This document shows, piece after piece, positions 9,341-18,776 of a stretch of 64,000 nucleotides of DNA. Source of the stretch: Alphaproteobacteria bacterium (GTDB taxonomy: Bacteria > Pseudomonadota > Alphaproteobacteria > UBA828); NCBI GenBank assembly GCA_963667785.2, contig CAXXMU010000001.1, positions 928,001-992,000 on the forward strand. The letters are read 5' to 3'. Made by a program: the position numbers and the translations under genes. Each line of letters opens with the position of its first letter. Position 1 is the stretch's first letter. Under the pieces are notes generated by a model that was not told the origin of the DNA, made no database searches, and was given only the letters and a program-made list of their open reading frames with translations.

Positions 9341-11101
9341 ATGAACCAGACCATCCGCGCCCGGATCCACGACAGCGCCGTCCGGCGCGTCACCAGGATC
9401 TACGCATCGACCCTCTCCGACGTGTTCCTCGAAGCGCTCCAGAACAGCCGCCGCGCCGGCGCCACACGCGTGCGTATTTCGGTCGCCGCACCGACTGCGA
9501 ATGCAGCCGGCCCCGCCGCCGAAACCGGCGAGACGCCCCTCACCGTGACCGTCGCCGACGACGGCATGGGCATCCCCGATCCCGCCGTCCTGCTGAGCTT
9601 CGGCGAGAACGGCTGGTCGGATGACCTGGTCCGGCGCGAGGACGCCGCCGGCTTCGGCTTCGCCAGCCTGTCGCGCCGCGGCTGCACCGTCTCCTCGCGG
9701 CCCCGTTCCCCGGACGGCCAGACCATGCCCGGCTGGATCGTCGACCTGGAGCCGAGGCACTTTCTCGGCGAAGCCGAGGCCGAGGTCCGCACCGTCGACG
9801 TCGCCCCGTTCCCGCACGGGACGACGATTTCCTTCGTGGCGACCGAGCCCGCAGCCGCGGTGCGCAACGCGGCGGAGAGCGCCGCGCGGCACTATCCGCT
9901 TCGGGTGATCTTCGCCGACGGCACGGCGGACGCGCCGGAAGACGAGGAGCTGCCACGCCGCGCCTTCCTCGACGGCGCGGTCCACGCCGAGCAATGGCGG
10001 GGCCTCGCCTTCGGCGTCTTCAGGAACCGCCGCACCGGCTACAACGATCCCGATCTCAACTTCTTCGGCCTCACCCTGCCGGTGCGCCTGCCCACCGTCG
10101 AGACCGTCCACGGCCCGGCCTGGACCGTCCGCGCCGATGTCGGCGACTGCCCCGATCTGGAGCTGGTGCTGCCGGCCAGGAAGGAGGCTGTCGAGAACGC
10201 CTTCCTGAAGGAGACGCGCGAGGCCGCCCGGCTCGCGATCTACCGCGCCATGGCCGCCGATCCCGACCCGCGCCCTTCCTTCGAGGACCGCAAGCGGGCG
10301 CACGAGGCCGACATCGACATCGCCCCGCCCCCGCCCGTGCTGCGGCCCTGGCGTCCCGGCACGGCGGACGTCGAGGACTGGCGGGAGCCGCCGAAGCTCG
10401 TGCCGACGGGCCAGGACGCGCTCATCATGGACTGCGATCCCGAGCCGCCCCAGGCCCAGGCGCTCTGGCGCGCGGCCGAACGGGGCGGAATCGCTTCCCG
10501 CCTGTTCGAGGCCGACCGCCGCCTCGAAGGTTACGCCTGGTACGACACCATCGAGCGCGTGATCCGCGTCCACACGGAAGTCACCGCCGGCCGCCGGCCG
10601 TACCCGCTCGACAAGTATCCCGTGCCGGAGCGCACCGGCGGTCCCGTGGCGCCGCTGCCGCAGCGGCCCGACGCGATCCGCATCGGCCTCACCGTCCGGC
10701 CTCGCAAGGGGGTAGGGCGCATGGTCGACCTTGCCGCAGATCTCGCCTTCGCCGGCGAGGCCTGGTCCTGGGTGGCCGACGCCCTGCCGCTGGTGACGGC
10801 GAGCACCGATCTCGACCCCTGCGAACTCGCGCAGATCATGCGCGCGGCGTTCTTCAGCCCGAGCGACGACGCGGACGCGGATTCGTGGGAACGCCAGCGC
10901 GACGTCTTCGACCAGGAAGCGCTCCACATCGCGACCAAGCTGCTGGTCTCCGACGACGAGGCGCGGCGCACCTCCATCGCCGATGCCGTCGCGCGCGAGC
11001 TCTTCTGGCTCATCCCGCGCGATCGCAGCGTCGACATCGCGGTGCGCGGCCGCACGGTCACGGTGACGCTGGGAGCGCCCGCCGTGGAGGCCGCGCCGTG
11101 A
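9341..11101 (+). CDS. GHKL (HATPase_c-like) ATP-binding protein
   Basis: N box EALQNSRRAGA, G1 DDGMG, G2 AAGFGFASL. Confidence 0.8.
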   Translation: MNQTIRARIHDSAVRRVTRIYASTLSDVFLEALQNSRRAGATRVRISVAAPTANAAGPAAETGETPLTVTVADDGMGIPDPAVLLSFGENGWSDDLVRREDAAGFGFASLSRRGCTVSSRPRSPDGQTMPGWIVDLEPRHFLGEAEAEVRTVDVAPFPHGTTISFVATEPAAAVRNAAESAARHYPLRVIFADGTADAPEDEELPRRAFLDGAVHAEQWRGLAFGVFRNRRTGYNDPDLNFFGLTLPVRLPTVETVHGPAWTVRADVGDCPDLELVLPARKEAVENAFLKETREAARLAIYRAMAADPDPRPSFEDRKRAHEADIDIAPPPPVLRPWRPGTADVEDWREPPKLVPTGQDALIMDCDPEPPQAQALWRAAERGGIASRLFEADRRLEGYAWYDTIERVIRVHTEVTAGRRPYPLDKYPVPERTGGPVAPLPQRPDAIRIGLTVRPRKGVGRMVDLAADLAFAGEAWSWVADALPLVTASTDLDPCELAQIMRAAFFSPSDDADADSWERQRDVFDQEALHIATKLLVSDDEARRTSIADAVARELFWLIPRDRSVDIAVRGRTVTVTLGAPAVEAAP

Positions 11102-11456
11102 CGAAGGCCTGGACCCTTCAGCTCGCTTATGCGGCGAATTACGGGGTCCACGGTCACCGTCGAGGCCGAGACCCTGGAAGACGCGATCCCGGCCGCCATC
11201 CGGTATGCCGACGACAACGAGCGCTGGAAGAGCACCGACCACGTCACCGACCCCTTCTGCGTCGCCGCGTGCGAGGGCGCCGACGCCGATCCGTGGAACG
11301 GCGAGACGTCGCTGCCCATCCCCGACCGCTTTACCGAGCGCGGCGAGCCGCCCGTGGTCATGGTGACGGACCCGGCGAAGCCCGGCGGCGGCATCGAGGT
11401 CGTGCGCGGCCGGGTGCTGCTGCGCTTCAGGGACCATGCCGGAACCGTCACCTCCA
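11098..11456 (+). pseudogene. 5' part of a disrupted hypothetical gene (frameshift at G run 11143-11146; interrupted at 11456)
   Basis: GTG 11098 overlaps the upstream stop and has a GGAGG RBS; removing one G joins MTKAWTLQLAYAANYG to STVTVEAETLEDA... Confidence 0.6.
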
Positions 11457-11499
11457 GGATGAAGTGAGCAGAAGAGGCCCACGGGTCCGAGTCCCCCAC

Positions 11500-14400
11500 C
11501 TAACTGCTGGGCCTCCTCAACACATCGCGCATGAGCTCCCTGGCCGGTCGAATGCGATTGGTGAGAATGTCCAGCGCGAACCGCGGTGGCCCCGTTCGCC
11601 GGCACTCGGCGGACAGCAACTCTTCTGCCAAGTCCTGGCTTTGCTTTGTCGACATCGACCCCAACAGCCGGACAGTCGATGCCCGAACACTTGGCTCATC
11701 ATTGTCCCTGGCGAACTGTGCAAGAATCTCTTCAACCTCGGGATCTCGCTCTAGTCGCGCGCGCAATGCCTCCAACACATCCTCGGGGAAATCCCATGGA
11801 CTCGACTCGGGCCTCGTGACGAACCAAGCAAAGGCCCTGGCGATCTGTTCCCGTGTTCCTTGTGCACTCAGGAGCCAGAGTTGGGTGCAGACAAGCAGGC
11901 CGGACCTCCCCTGTCTCTCCACAAGATTTCGGTATTCGCGCACTACTATCTCATGATCCGGCCAGCGGGATACCAATCCGACCAATGCGCCTCCCTCCGA
12001 CTGCAGCCTCTCGCTGGACGCCACAATCGCTGCGACGGCGGACGAATCTTCCGAGAAGTGCGCTGCCAAGCATTTCGACGCGACAACTTTGGTTTGGGCA
12101 GCATCGAAGGGACTCTGTTTCTGTGCATCAAACTCCGTGGCCAATGCCCGTTTGCAACAATCCAGCAACAGCGAGCTGCGGGGTCCCAGCCGTGACAGCG
12201 CTACCAGCCCGCGCACCCCGAGCACCACGGAATCGTCTTCGCAGTATTCGAGGAATCTTGTCTTCAACCGGGTAGAGCGACTTAGGTAGGGCGCAAACGC
12301 TGACCAGAAGCCAGCTGGGTCGTCCTTCCATCGGCTAAGACGACTAAGCGGAGAGCCTGCCGTCTCCGTTTCCACTTCTTCCCATCGTTCCGCCGCCAGT
12401 TCGAGAACCGGTGCGTAGTCCTTGAACCGCTCCACGAGGTCGATTCTGAGAGCCTGATCGTCACGTTCCTCCTTCGCACCTGCGAATACGTCGATGCGCC
12501 CCAGGGCCAGCAGGCCGCCGAAAGCCGCTGCGCGCCGGTCGTCGTAGTTGGGCCCGACCGCGTGGAGTTGTGCGCGCAGGGCTTCGGTTCTCTCCTGGGC
12601 CTCGCCGGGCGTTGCGAGCGCCGAATAGGAAAGCCCGATCGTCGCTTGGATCATTGCATGTTCGTCCGTCTCCAGTTCGCACTGTTGCAACGCCTTCCGC
12701 AACGCCTCGTCATCGAAGCGTTCGCTCGCCCTCCTCGCAATGTAACGGCGAAACACCGTCGGCAGCGGAGCCGCACGTTGCAGTATCAACGGTACGATCT
12801 CCGCGTCGGTGGCGTACACGCCGGCCATTGCCACCAGAGGCGGCGATGGCTCCTGCAATCGCTCCAACGCGAAAGCCCTCACTCTGGGATCAGCGTGGAA
12901 CCGGGCGATTAGCCCGCCTTCGCCCCGGTACGCGGCTGGAGACTTCCTGATGTGAGGCAGGATCGCGGAGACCGCCGCCCCGTCGTCAATCTCGTCCCCG
13001 AGGGCGGCGAAACCACCTATCACGAAGTCCGTACGCAAAACCTCCTGGAGGTTGCAGATCTCCATTAGCAGCCGAAAACTTTCGTCGACCGAACCGACGA
13101 TAGCCGGAACGTGATGCGCAATGTGCTGCCTTTCTTCGGGAGGCATCCGCGGGAGCGGGTCCAAAGCAGTGGCAACTTCGGGGTCGTCGATGCCCCAGCC
13201 ATGCAAGAGGCTCCAGACAGGCCAGAACCGGTAGTGCTCCGTGTCGGCCAATCGGCTTAGCATCGTCCGCTTAGCCGCGTCGCTCCTGAGCATCACCGCC
13301 AACCGCGCCGCCTCGAAGTCGTGCTTTGAGAATTTTTCCTCCTCGAACCAAGCCTCGGCAGCCGAGCGCACGTTCGCATGTTCAGACAGGATCGGCTCCA
13401 GCAGCGCGTCCCCGGGCAGCGTTCCCCTGAACGGGAAGTGGTCACGCGTTTCAATTTCCTGCTGCACCCAGCGGGGCACGCGGGAATCTTCCCGATGGAG
13501 CCTCATGAGCATAGATCGGGCATTTTCGTAATGGATGTCGTATTTCTGCGGACCATGCCTGCCAACGCTGGCCCAACACGCGTCTTGGAATTCGCCATCG
13601 TCCGCCCAGTCCCTGACGAGCGCGTCCATGATCTCCGCGTGGAGACCGCCCTCGTACCTGCTCCAACGGGTGCCCAAAGTGCCCAGCAGCGTGTCCCTCC
13701 CCTCATCACCTCGGCGACCACGCTTGTACAACGCCAGGGCCGCTACCGTTCGCATTTGAATGCTCGGCGAACGCTCAGCTTCATGCAGCCAGTCTTCCAG
13801 ACCATCGACAGACGGCCAGCCTCGGCTCAGCGCATCAAGCGCCGCCGCGGTCACCCAAGGATTCATCGACTCCTGAGCCAGCGCCTTCAGTCTGTTACTG
13901 ATTTTGCGGCTACCTTCGAAAACCTTGGCGAGACTCGCTGCTGCGGCCAGCTGGTTCCTGTCTCCCGCGAGTGCGAGTTGCAGCGTCTGCGCAAGTTCCT
14001 CCGTCGGCTGCCACCGTCCGAGCTGCGCGTAAAGGTCCGGTTGCCACTCGGTGACTCCGGGCCACCATCTCGCGAGTCGTGCAACGACCGCCTCGCCGAT
14101 GGGACCAGCGCGCGGACCATCCAACGCCAACCCCAGCAACTCGATCCCTTCAGCGTCATCCGTTCCGGTTTCGATCCGACTCAGGCTGTCAAGAGCCGCC
14201 TGCCGACCGACCGAGCCCGAGACAGACGCCGTCGCGAAAGCACCGTCCGCGAGCAGTAGCCGCCGATCCGTCGAACCCGGCTCCCCGTCCTGTTCGTCCC
14301 GAATCGCTTCAAGTATCCGCTCCACGTCGACCCTGCGCTTCAGCGATTGGAGCAGCGCAAGGATGGTGCCTCGCCAGCGCGGTTCGCCCGCATGACCGGA

Positions 14401-16437
14401 TACAAACTCAACTTGGTTTTCCAGCGGCCGGGTGGCCAGTTCCAGACCTGCGAGGTGTTCGCGAAACGCGGCATGGCAGAACGCGAGCTCCTCCGGCCCA
14501 CGCTCGACGAGGAGGCCCGACGTGTCCGCATCGACGTCCGTCAGTTCCCGCGCCCCAACACGGGCTTTCTCCTTCGCCCACCCGGGTCCAGTTTCCGAAT
14601 CAGCCAAGAAGCCCTCGATCACCCGCCGAGCTTCGTCGCGGTCGATCCCGGCGTCCGCGCCCCGTACGTGTACGTGGAACGCCAGCTTGGCTAAAGCGTC
14701 GATCCGAACGTCGTCGGCAGAGAAAATGGGCATTCGTGACTTCATTTCGGCGGCCGCCGTCGCACGCCGGTTGGGATGAACCTCCAGGAGAATCTCGATG
14801 AGTTTCTGGAGCAATTGGAATCGCGTGTTCGGCAGGATGATCTGGCGGGCCGCCACCGAGAGCATCCCGTGCAGAAGCAAGGGATTGCCTGCGAGCGACT
14901 GCAGCCGACCGCTATGCTCGAGCTGCTGGAAGAACTGCCGGACCCGAAGCGCCACGGGAGTCGCCGCGTTGTTATCCTCGCTCAGGAGCTTGGTCGCGAG
15001 GTCGCGCTGTTGGCGCCGCTGCAACTCCACCAGTCGCGCCGCCTTCCAGTACCCGCTTGTCGGCCCCAGACGCCGCAGCCCGGCAGGGCGCGCGGTCGCG
15101 ATGGTGAACACGTCGTGGGTGCGAACGAACGTCTCGATTGTGGCGAGTGTCGTCCTCGCGGCCTGCTCGTCGCTGTACTCGTCCAGACCGTCAATCAGAA
15201 GCACCAGTCTCTCGTCGGCCAGTGCTTCGATGAAGGAATCTTCCAGTTCTCTTTCGGGAACGAACGCCCGGAACGCTTCTCGGATCACCTCCGCCAACGC
15301 CACTTCGCGTTGCTCCTTCGCCGCGAGACGGCTCCAAAGTGCAAACGGGATGAGCAACGGTATGCGCACACCGAGCCGATCATGGACCGCAGGGAACAGT
15401 TCAGGGTTACGCACCAGATCAAGCGCGAGACACCGCAGAACCGTGCTCTTGCCGGAGCCGGGAGCGCCCGAAAGCAATAGCGCGCGCTCGCCCTGCAACA
15501 GCCAGTCGTCGAACGCAATTGGCGGTATCTCGGGCGGCTCGCTCGGGGTTCTGTCGAAGTGGGAGGGTTCCCTAGGATCGCTGTACTCGTCGAAATTCCA
15601 GGCATCGTCATCCTGTCCGCGCGCCTCGCCCGGCCAGTCCTCCGGCTCCAGCGACGGCACGAAGAACGGATTTGCCGGATCGACATCGGGGACCACGAAG
15701 CGCTTGCGAATGTCGCGTGTATCCCGCCGCGCCGGGTCAACATTCAACCCGGGGTCGAGTTGCTGGATCCGTGCCTCGAAGATCTCCGCCAGACGTCTCC
15801 GCAGTGCAATCACGCGTTGCACCTTTAGCGGCCGTTTTAGGCCCGCCGCGACATCCTCGCCGGCAAAGGCAACGAGCCAGCTTCGGCCGAAGAAGTCGTC
15901 GACGATCTCCGGATGGGACCTTAGCTTCTCGCTGAGTTGATTACCGTCGACACCTTCGAAGACGATACCTTTTTCAAGTAGCCGCGCGGCCTGTGTCTCG
16001 ATCGTGTCCTGCAGCGCGGTGTCCGCAAGGCTTGCTCGGACGCAAAACACGAAGCGCTCCGCCGACGCGATCCATTTGCCCTTGAGAAAGTCGTCGACAG
16101 CCTTCTCTATGTCGGACGCGGCCACGTCCTTCCAGTTCCTGGCCTGCCAACAGATATGTCCGCCGCCAGCCAGACGCGCATAAACGTCGATACCATGTTG
16201 AGCTTGACCGGATCGCCCATACCGCGCGCAGTAGACCACGTCGGAATTCTTGCGTGCCAAGCGGAACACAAGCCTTTCGAAGTCCTGCCACGAGAGTAGG
16301 TCGCAGGGCAATTCTGGGACCCGGGTCTCTACCGGGTGGGCTTCGACGACTGATTCCGGAAGCTCCGGGAAACAGACGGGGACCGTCGGGTCCCCTGAAG
16401 GCGCGATCGAATCCTGCAACCCTTGACTACCTTCCAA
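11500..16437 (-). CDS. Mrr/REase-like nuclease + NACHT NTPase + helical-repeat protein (NLR-like defence candidate)
   Basis: N-terminal WQDFERLV...YGRSGQAQHGIDV...WQAR; Walker A GAPGSGKST; Walker B LLIDGLDE; GNPLLL; FCHAAFREHLAG. Visibly lower GC; start codon uncertain (TTG). Confidence 0.88.
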   Translation of the reverse strand: MEGSQGLQDSIAPSGDPTVPVCFPELPESVVEAHPVETRVPELPCDLLSWQDFERLVFRLARKNSDVVYCARYGRSGQAQHGIDVYARLAGGGHICWQARNWKDVAASDIEKAVDDFLKGKWIASAERFVFCVRASLADTALQDTIETQAARLLEKGIVFEGVDGNQLSEKLRSHPEIVDDFFGRSWLVAFAGEDVAAGLKRPLKVQRVIALRRRLAEIFEARIQQLDPGLNVDPARRDTRDIRKRFVVPDVDPANPFFVPSLEPEDWPGEARGQDDDAWNFDEYSDPREPSHFDRTPSEPPEIPPIAFDDWLLQGERALLLSGAPGSGKSTVLRCLALDLVRNPELFPAVHDRLGVRIPLLIPFALWSRLAAKEQREVALAEVIREAFRAFVPERELEDSFIEALADERLVLLIDGLDEYSDEQAARTTLATIETFVRTHDVFTIATARPAGLRRLGPTSGYWKAARLVELQRRQQRDLATKLLSEDNNAATPVALRVRQFFQQLEHSGRLQSLAGNPLLLHGMLSVAARQIILPNTRFQLLQKLIEILLEVHPNRRATAAAEMKSRMPIFSADDVRIDALAKLAFHVHVRGADAGIDRDEARRVIEGFLADSETGPGWAKEKARVGARELTDVDADTSGLLVERGPEELAFCHAAFREHLAGLELATRPLENQVEFVSGHAGEPRWRGTILALLQSLKRRVDVERILEAIRDEQDGEPGSTDRRLLLADGAFATASVSGSVGRQAALDSLSRIETGTDDAEGIELLGLALDGPRAGPIGEAVVARLARWWPGVTEWQPDLYAQLGRWQPTEELAQTLQLALAGDRNQLAAAASLAKVFEGSRKISNRLKALAQESMNPWVTAAALDALSRGWPSVDGLEDWLHEAERSPSIQMRTVAALALYKRGRRGDEGRDTLLGTLGTRWSRYEGGLHAEIMDALVRDWADDGEFQDACWASVGRHGPQKYDIHYENARSMLMRLHREDSRVPRWVQQEIETRDHFPFRGTLPGDALLEPILSEHANVRSAAEAWFEEEKFSKHDFEAARLAVMLRSDAAKRTMLSRLADTEHYRFWPVWSLLHGWGIDDPEVATALDPLPRMPPEERQHIAHHVPAIVGSVDESFRLLMEICNLQEVLRTDFVIGGFAALGDEIDDGAAVSAILPHIRKSPAAYRGEGGLIARFHADPRVRAFALERLQEPSPPLVAMAGVYATDAEIVPLILQRAAPLPTVFRRYIARRASERFDDEALRKALQQCELETDEHAMIQATIGLSYSALATPGEAQERTEALRAQLHAVGPNYDDRRAAAFGGLLALGRIDVFAGAKEERDDQALRIDLVERFKDYAPVLELAAERWEEVETETAGSPLSRLSRWKDDPAGFWSAFAPYLSRSTRLKTRFLEYCEDDSVVLGVRGLVALSRLGPRSSLLLDCCKRALATEFDAQKQSPFDAAQTKVVASKCLAAHFSEDSSAVAAIVASSERLQSEGGALVGLVSRWPDHEIVVREYRNLVERQGRSGLLVCTQLWLLSAQGTREQIARAFAWFVTRPESSPWDFPEDVLEALRARLERDPEVEEILAQFARDNDEPSVRASTVRLLGSMSTKQSQDLAEELLSAECRRTGPPRFALDILTNRIRPARELMRDVLRRPSS

Positions 16438-16937
16438 TCACGGCTCAGGCGCAACTCCCGCACCGGGCGCTGCACGTACACGACCGCCGCGCGGGTCGCA
16501 ATCCCTCCCGAAGACACTTCATCGCAGCACCGCGCCCTTTGCTGGCAGGATCATCCCTCTTGTGTACCGAACCGCCGCCGTTGGCGGCCCGCGGTGGATC
16601 TTCCGCCCCGCTTCGATTTCACCGACCATAGGTGGCCTAGTCTCCCTGCGGCGCAACAGACTGGACTATATGGAAACCCATCGACATCGGTCCACGCCAA
16701 CGCTTGTAACGAGGGCGGTCAAAGCATCGGGACACCGCGCACGACCCGGTTGCCCCTCTGAGTGAGCCGACACGCATCTTCTGTACCTCTGACAACGCTT
16801 TGCTTCGTGTATCCAAAGGCGCCACACGAAGCCGCTCGGGTCCGCCCGCTGAACTACCGGGACAACCTCCACCCGCTTTCCCAGGCGCTCAACCACGCAT
16901 GCCGATATGCAGGCTGACTATCGAAAGCCAATGGACA

Positions 16938-17053
16938 AGCTGACGGACGCGCCGGCCAACTGTCCGCACGTCACGGTGTCACTCAACGCCCGCGGCAAAC
17001 CCCACCCCGAGGTCCTCCACGGCAGGGCCGTGGTGTGCATTCTCGACCCGTAG
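16938..17053 (+). pseudogene. probable 3' remnant of the gene interrupted at 11456
   Basis: Reads KLTDAPANCPHVTVSLNARGKPHPEVLHGRAVVCILDP* in frame when 11456 is joined to 16938. Confidence 0.5.
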
Positions 17054-17203
17054 CTCTCCCCGCTCCGCCTCCCGCCCTTTTCACCGCCCACGCCGGACCG
17101 CACCGCCCGGAGGCGGGGCCGGCTTCCTCTCGATCGACGGAGGCCCGGGGCGCGGGAGCGTCCCGGGTCTTCGGCGTCCCGCAACCCGTAACTGGAGGCC
17201 GTC

Positions 17204-17422
17204 ATGACACCCCAAGCCGCCCACATCCCGCGGACCGCCGCCGCGCCCGCGCCGGCCGAGCCCGCCGACGAGGCGCAGAAGCGCGCCATCGCCCACGCCG
17301 TCTGGACCGACCTCCTCTGGCTGATGCCGCAGGGCCGCACCGTCACCGTCACCGTGCGCGACGGCAGGGTCGCGGTCGACCTCGGCCCCGTCGCTCCGGC
17401 GCCGCCGCCCGCATCCCACTAA
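17204..17422 (+). CDS. small protein paralogous to the C-terminus of the GHKL ATPase
   Basis: GGAGG RBS; DEAQKRAIAHAVWTDLLWLMPQGRTVTVTVR aligns with DEARRTSIADAVARELFWLIPRDRSVDIAVR. Confidence 0.7.
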   Translation: MTPQAAHIPRTAAAPAPAEPADEAQKRAIAHAVWTDLLWLMPQGRTVTVTVRDGRVAVDLGPVAPAPPPASH

Positions 17423-17434
17423 CCGGGGGCCGCC

Positions 17435-17818
17435 ATGAAGCTCCTCACCAAGGAACAGCGCGAACGGCTGCTCAGAAACGGCGCGCGCCGGGGCGATCAC
17501 CCTCCTCACGTCAAGTGGTTCTACCCCGCCGGGGCGGGCACCTGGCTCGTGTCGGAGCTCGACCCCGAGGACCCCGACATCGCCCACTGCCTGGCCGATC
17601 TTGGCATGGGCTGCCCCGAGGTCGGCAGCGTGCGGGTGTCCGAGCTCGAATCGTTCCGCGGCCGTTTCGGACTCGGCATCGAGCGGGACCTCTACTTCAA
17701 CGCCAAGGGGCGCCCGCTATCGGTCTACGCCGAGGCCGCGCGCGCCGCCGGCCGCATCGTCGAGTCCGGACCCGAGCTGGACGAGGCCGCCGGGAGCCGC
17801 ACCGGCGCCGGCGCCTGA
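17435..17818 (+). CDS. DUF2958 domain protein
   Basis: PHVKWFYPAGAGTWLVSELDP...LADLGMGCPEVGSV...IERDLYF. Confidence 0.85.
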   Translation: MKLLTKEQRERLLRNGARRGDHPPHVKWFYPAGAGTWLVSELDPEDPDIAHCLADLGMGCPEVGSVRVSELESFRGRFGLGIERDLYFNAKGRPLSVYAEAARAAGRIVESGPELDEAAGSRTGAGA

Positions 17819-17885
17819 CCATTCCTCGCGCCCCGTCCCGGCCCCTCCGGGGCGGGGCGCCTTCCTTCCGATCATGGAGGCCGCC

Positions 17886-18530
17886 ATGCCCCGCACCGTG
17901 GAAACCGTCGTCTACGCGATCGAGGAATTGTCCGAAGCCGCGAAGGACCGCGCCCGCGGCTGGTACCGCGAGACCTGTCTCGAACACGAATGGTACGACG
18001 CCGTGTTCGAGGATTTCGAGGCGATCTGCGGGATCCTCGGCGTGACGCTCGGCACCACTTCTGTCCGCCTCTACGGCGGCGGGACGCGGGACAAGGCGCA
18101 ACTCTACTTTCGCGGATTCGCCAACCAAGGTGACGGGGCGTGTTTCGAGGGCTCGCTCCGCCATGCCAGGGGCGGGACCAGCGCCATCCGTGACTACGCG
18201 CCCAAGGACACCGAGCTGCACCGGATCGCGGACGACCTGCAATCCGTCCAGCGGAAGAACTTCTATCAGCTCACCGCGAACGTCCGCCACCGCGGCCGCT
18301 ACTACCACGAGCACAGCATGGCGATCGCGGTGGAGCGCGACAGCCCGACCTGGCAGCCCATGACGGACGGCGCCGAGGACACGGTTTCGGAAACGCTGCG
18401 CGACCTCGCGCGCTGGCTCTACCGCCAGCTCGAACGCGAGTACGACTACCTCACCTCCGACGACGCCGTCGATGAGACCATCGCGCTCAACGAATACACC
18501 TTCACGGCGGAAGGCCGGCGCTTCGGCTGA
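17886..18530 (+). CDS. conserved plasmid/ICE backbone protein (family often labelled 'antitoxin of toxin-antitoxin stability system')
   Basis: ELSEAAKDRARGWYRE, GFANQGDGACF, LARWLYRQLEREYDYLTSD, YTFTAEGRRF; GGAGG RBS. Confidence 0.8.
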   Translation: MPRTVETVVYAIEELSEAAKDRARGWYRETCLEHEWYDAVFEDFEAICGILGVTLGTTSVRLYGGGTRDKAQLYFRGFANQGDGACFEGSLRHARGGTSAIRDYAPKDTELHRIADDLQSVQRKNFYQLTANVRHRGRYYHEHSMAIAVERDSPTWQPMTDGAEDTVSETLRDLARWLYRQLEREYDYLTSDDAVDETIALNEYTFTAEGRRFG

Positions 18531-18776
18531 GCGAATGCGGCCCGCCCCCGATGCCGGGCCGCCCGTCCCGGTTTCCTGACCGGGCCGTCTCCCGCTCCTC
18601 TCTCCCGAACCGCCCGCAGCGCCTCCCGGAGCACTTCCGCACGGCGTCTACGCCGCCGCGCGGTCCGCCGCCCGGAGTCGGGCGAGCCGGCCGGGGGCAG
18701 TCCGGCGGGACGGCGCGGGAGGACCGGTGCCGCGCCGCCGGCCCGCTTCCCGCCCTTCCAGCACGGAGATCCCCCC

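Noticed and set aside
16802-16832. Inverted repeat GCTTCGTGT...ACACGAAGC in the NACHT leader as attC site or ncRNA
   Set aside because: A single 9-bp stem without attC core sites or other support; may be an operator but cannot be called
17886-18530. Genuine toxin-antitoxin pair
   Set aside because: The family label is not supported by any adjacent recognisable toxin
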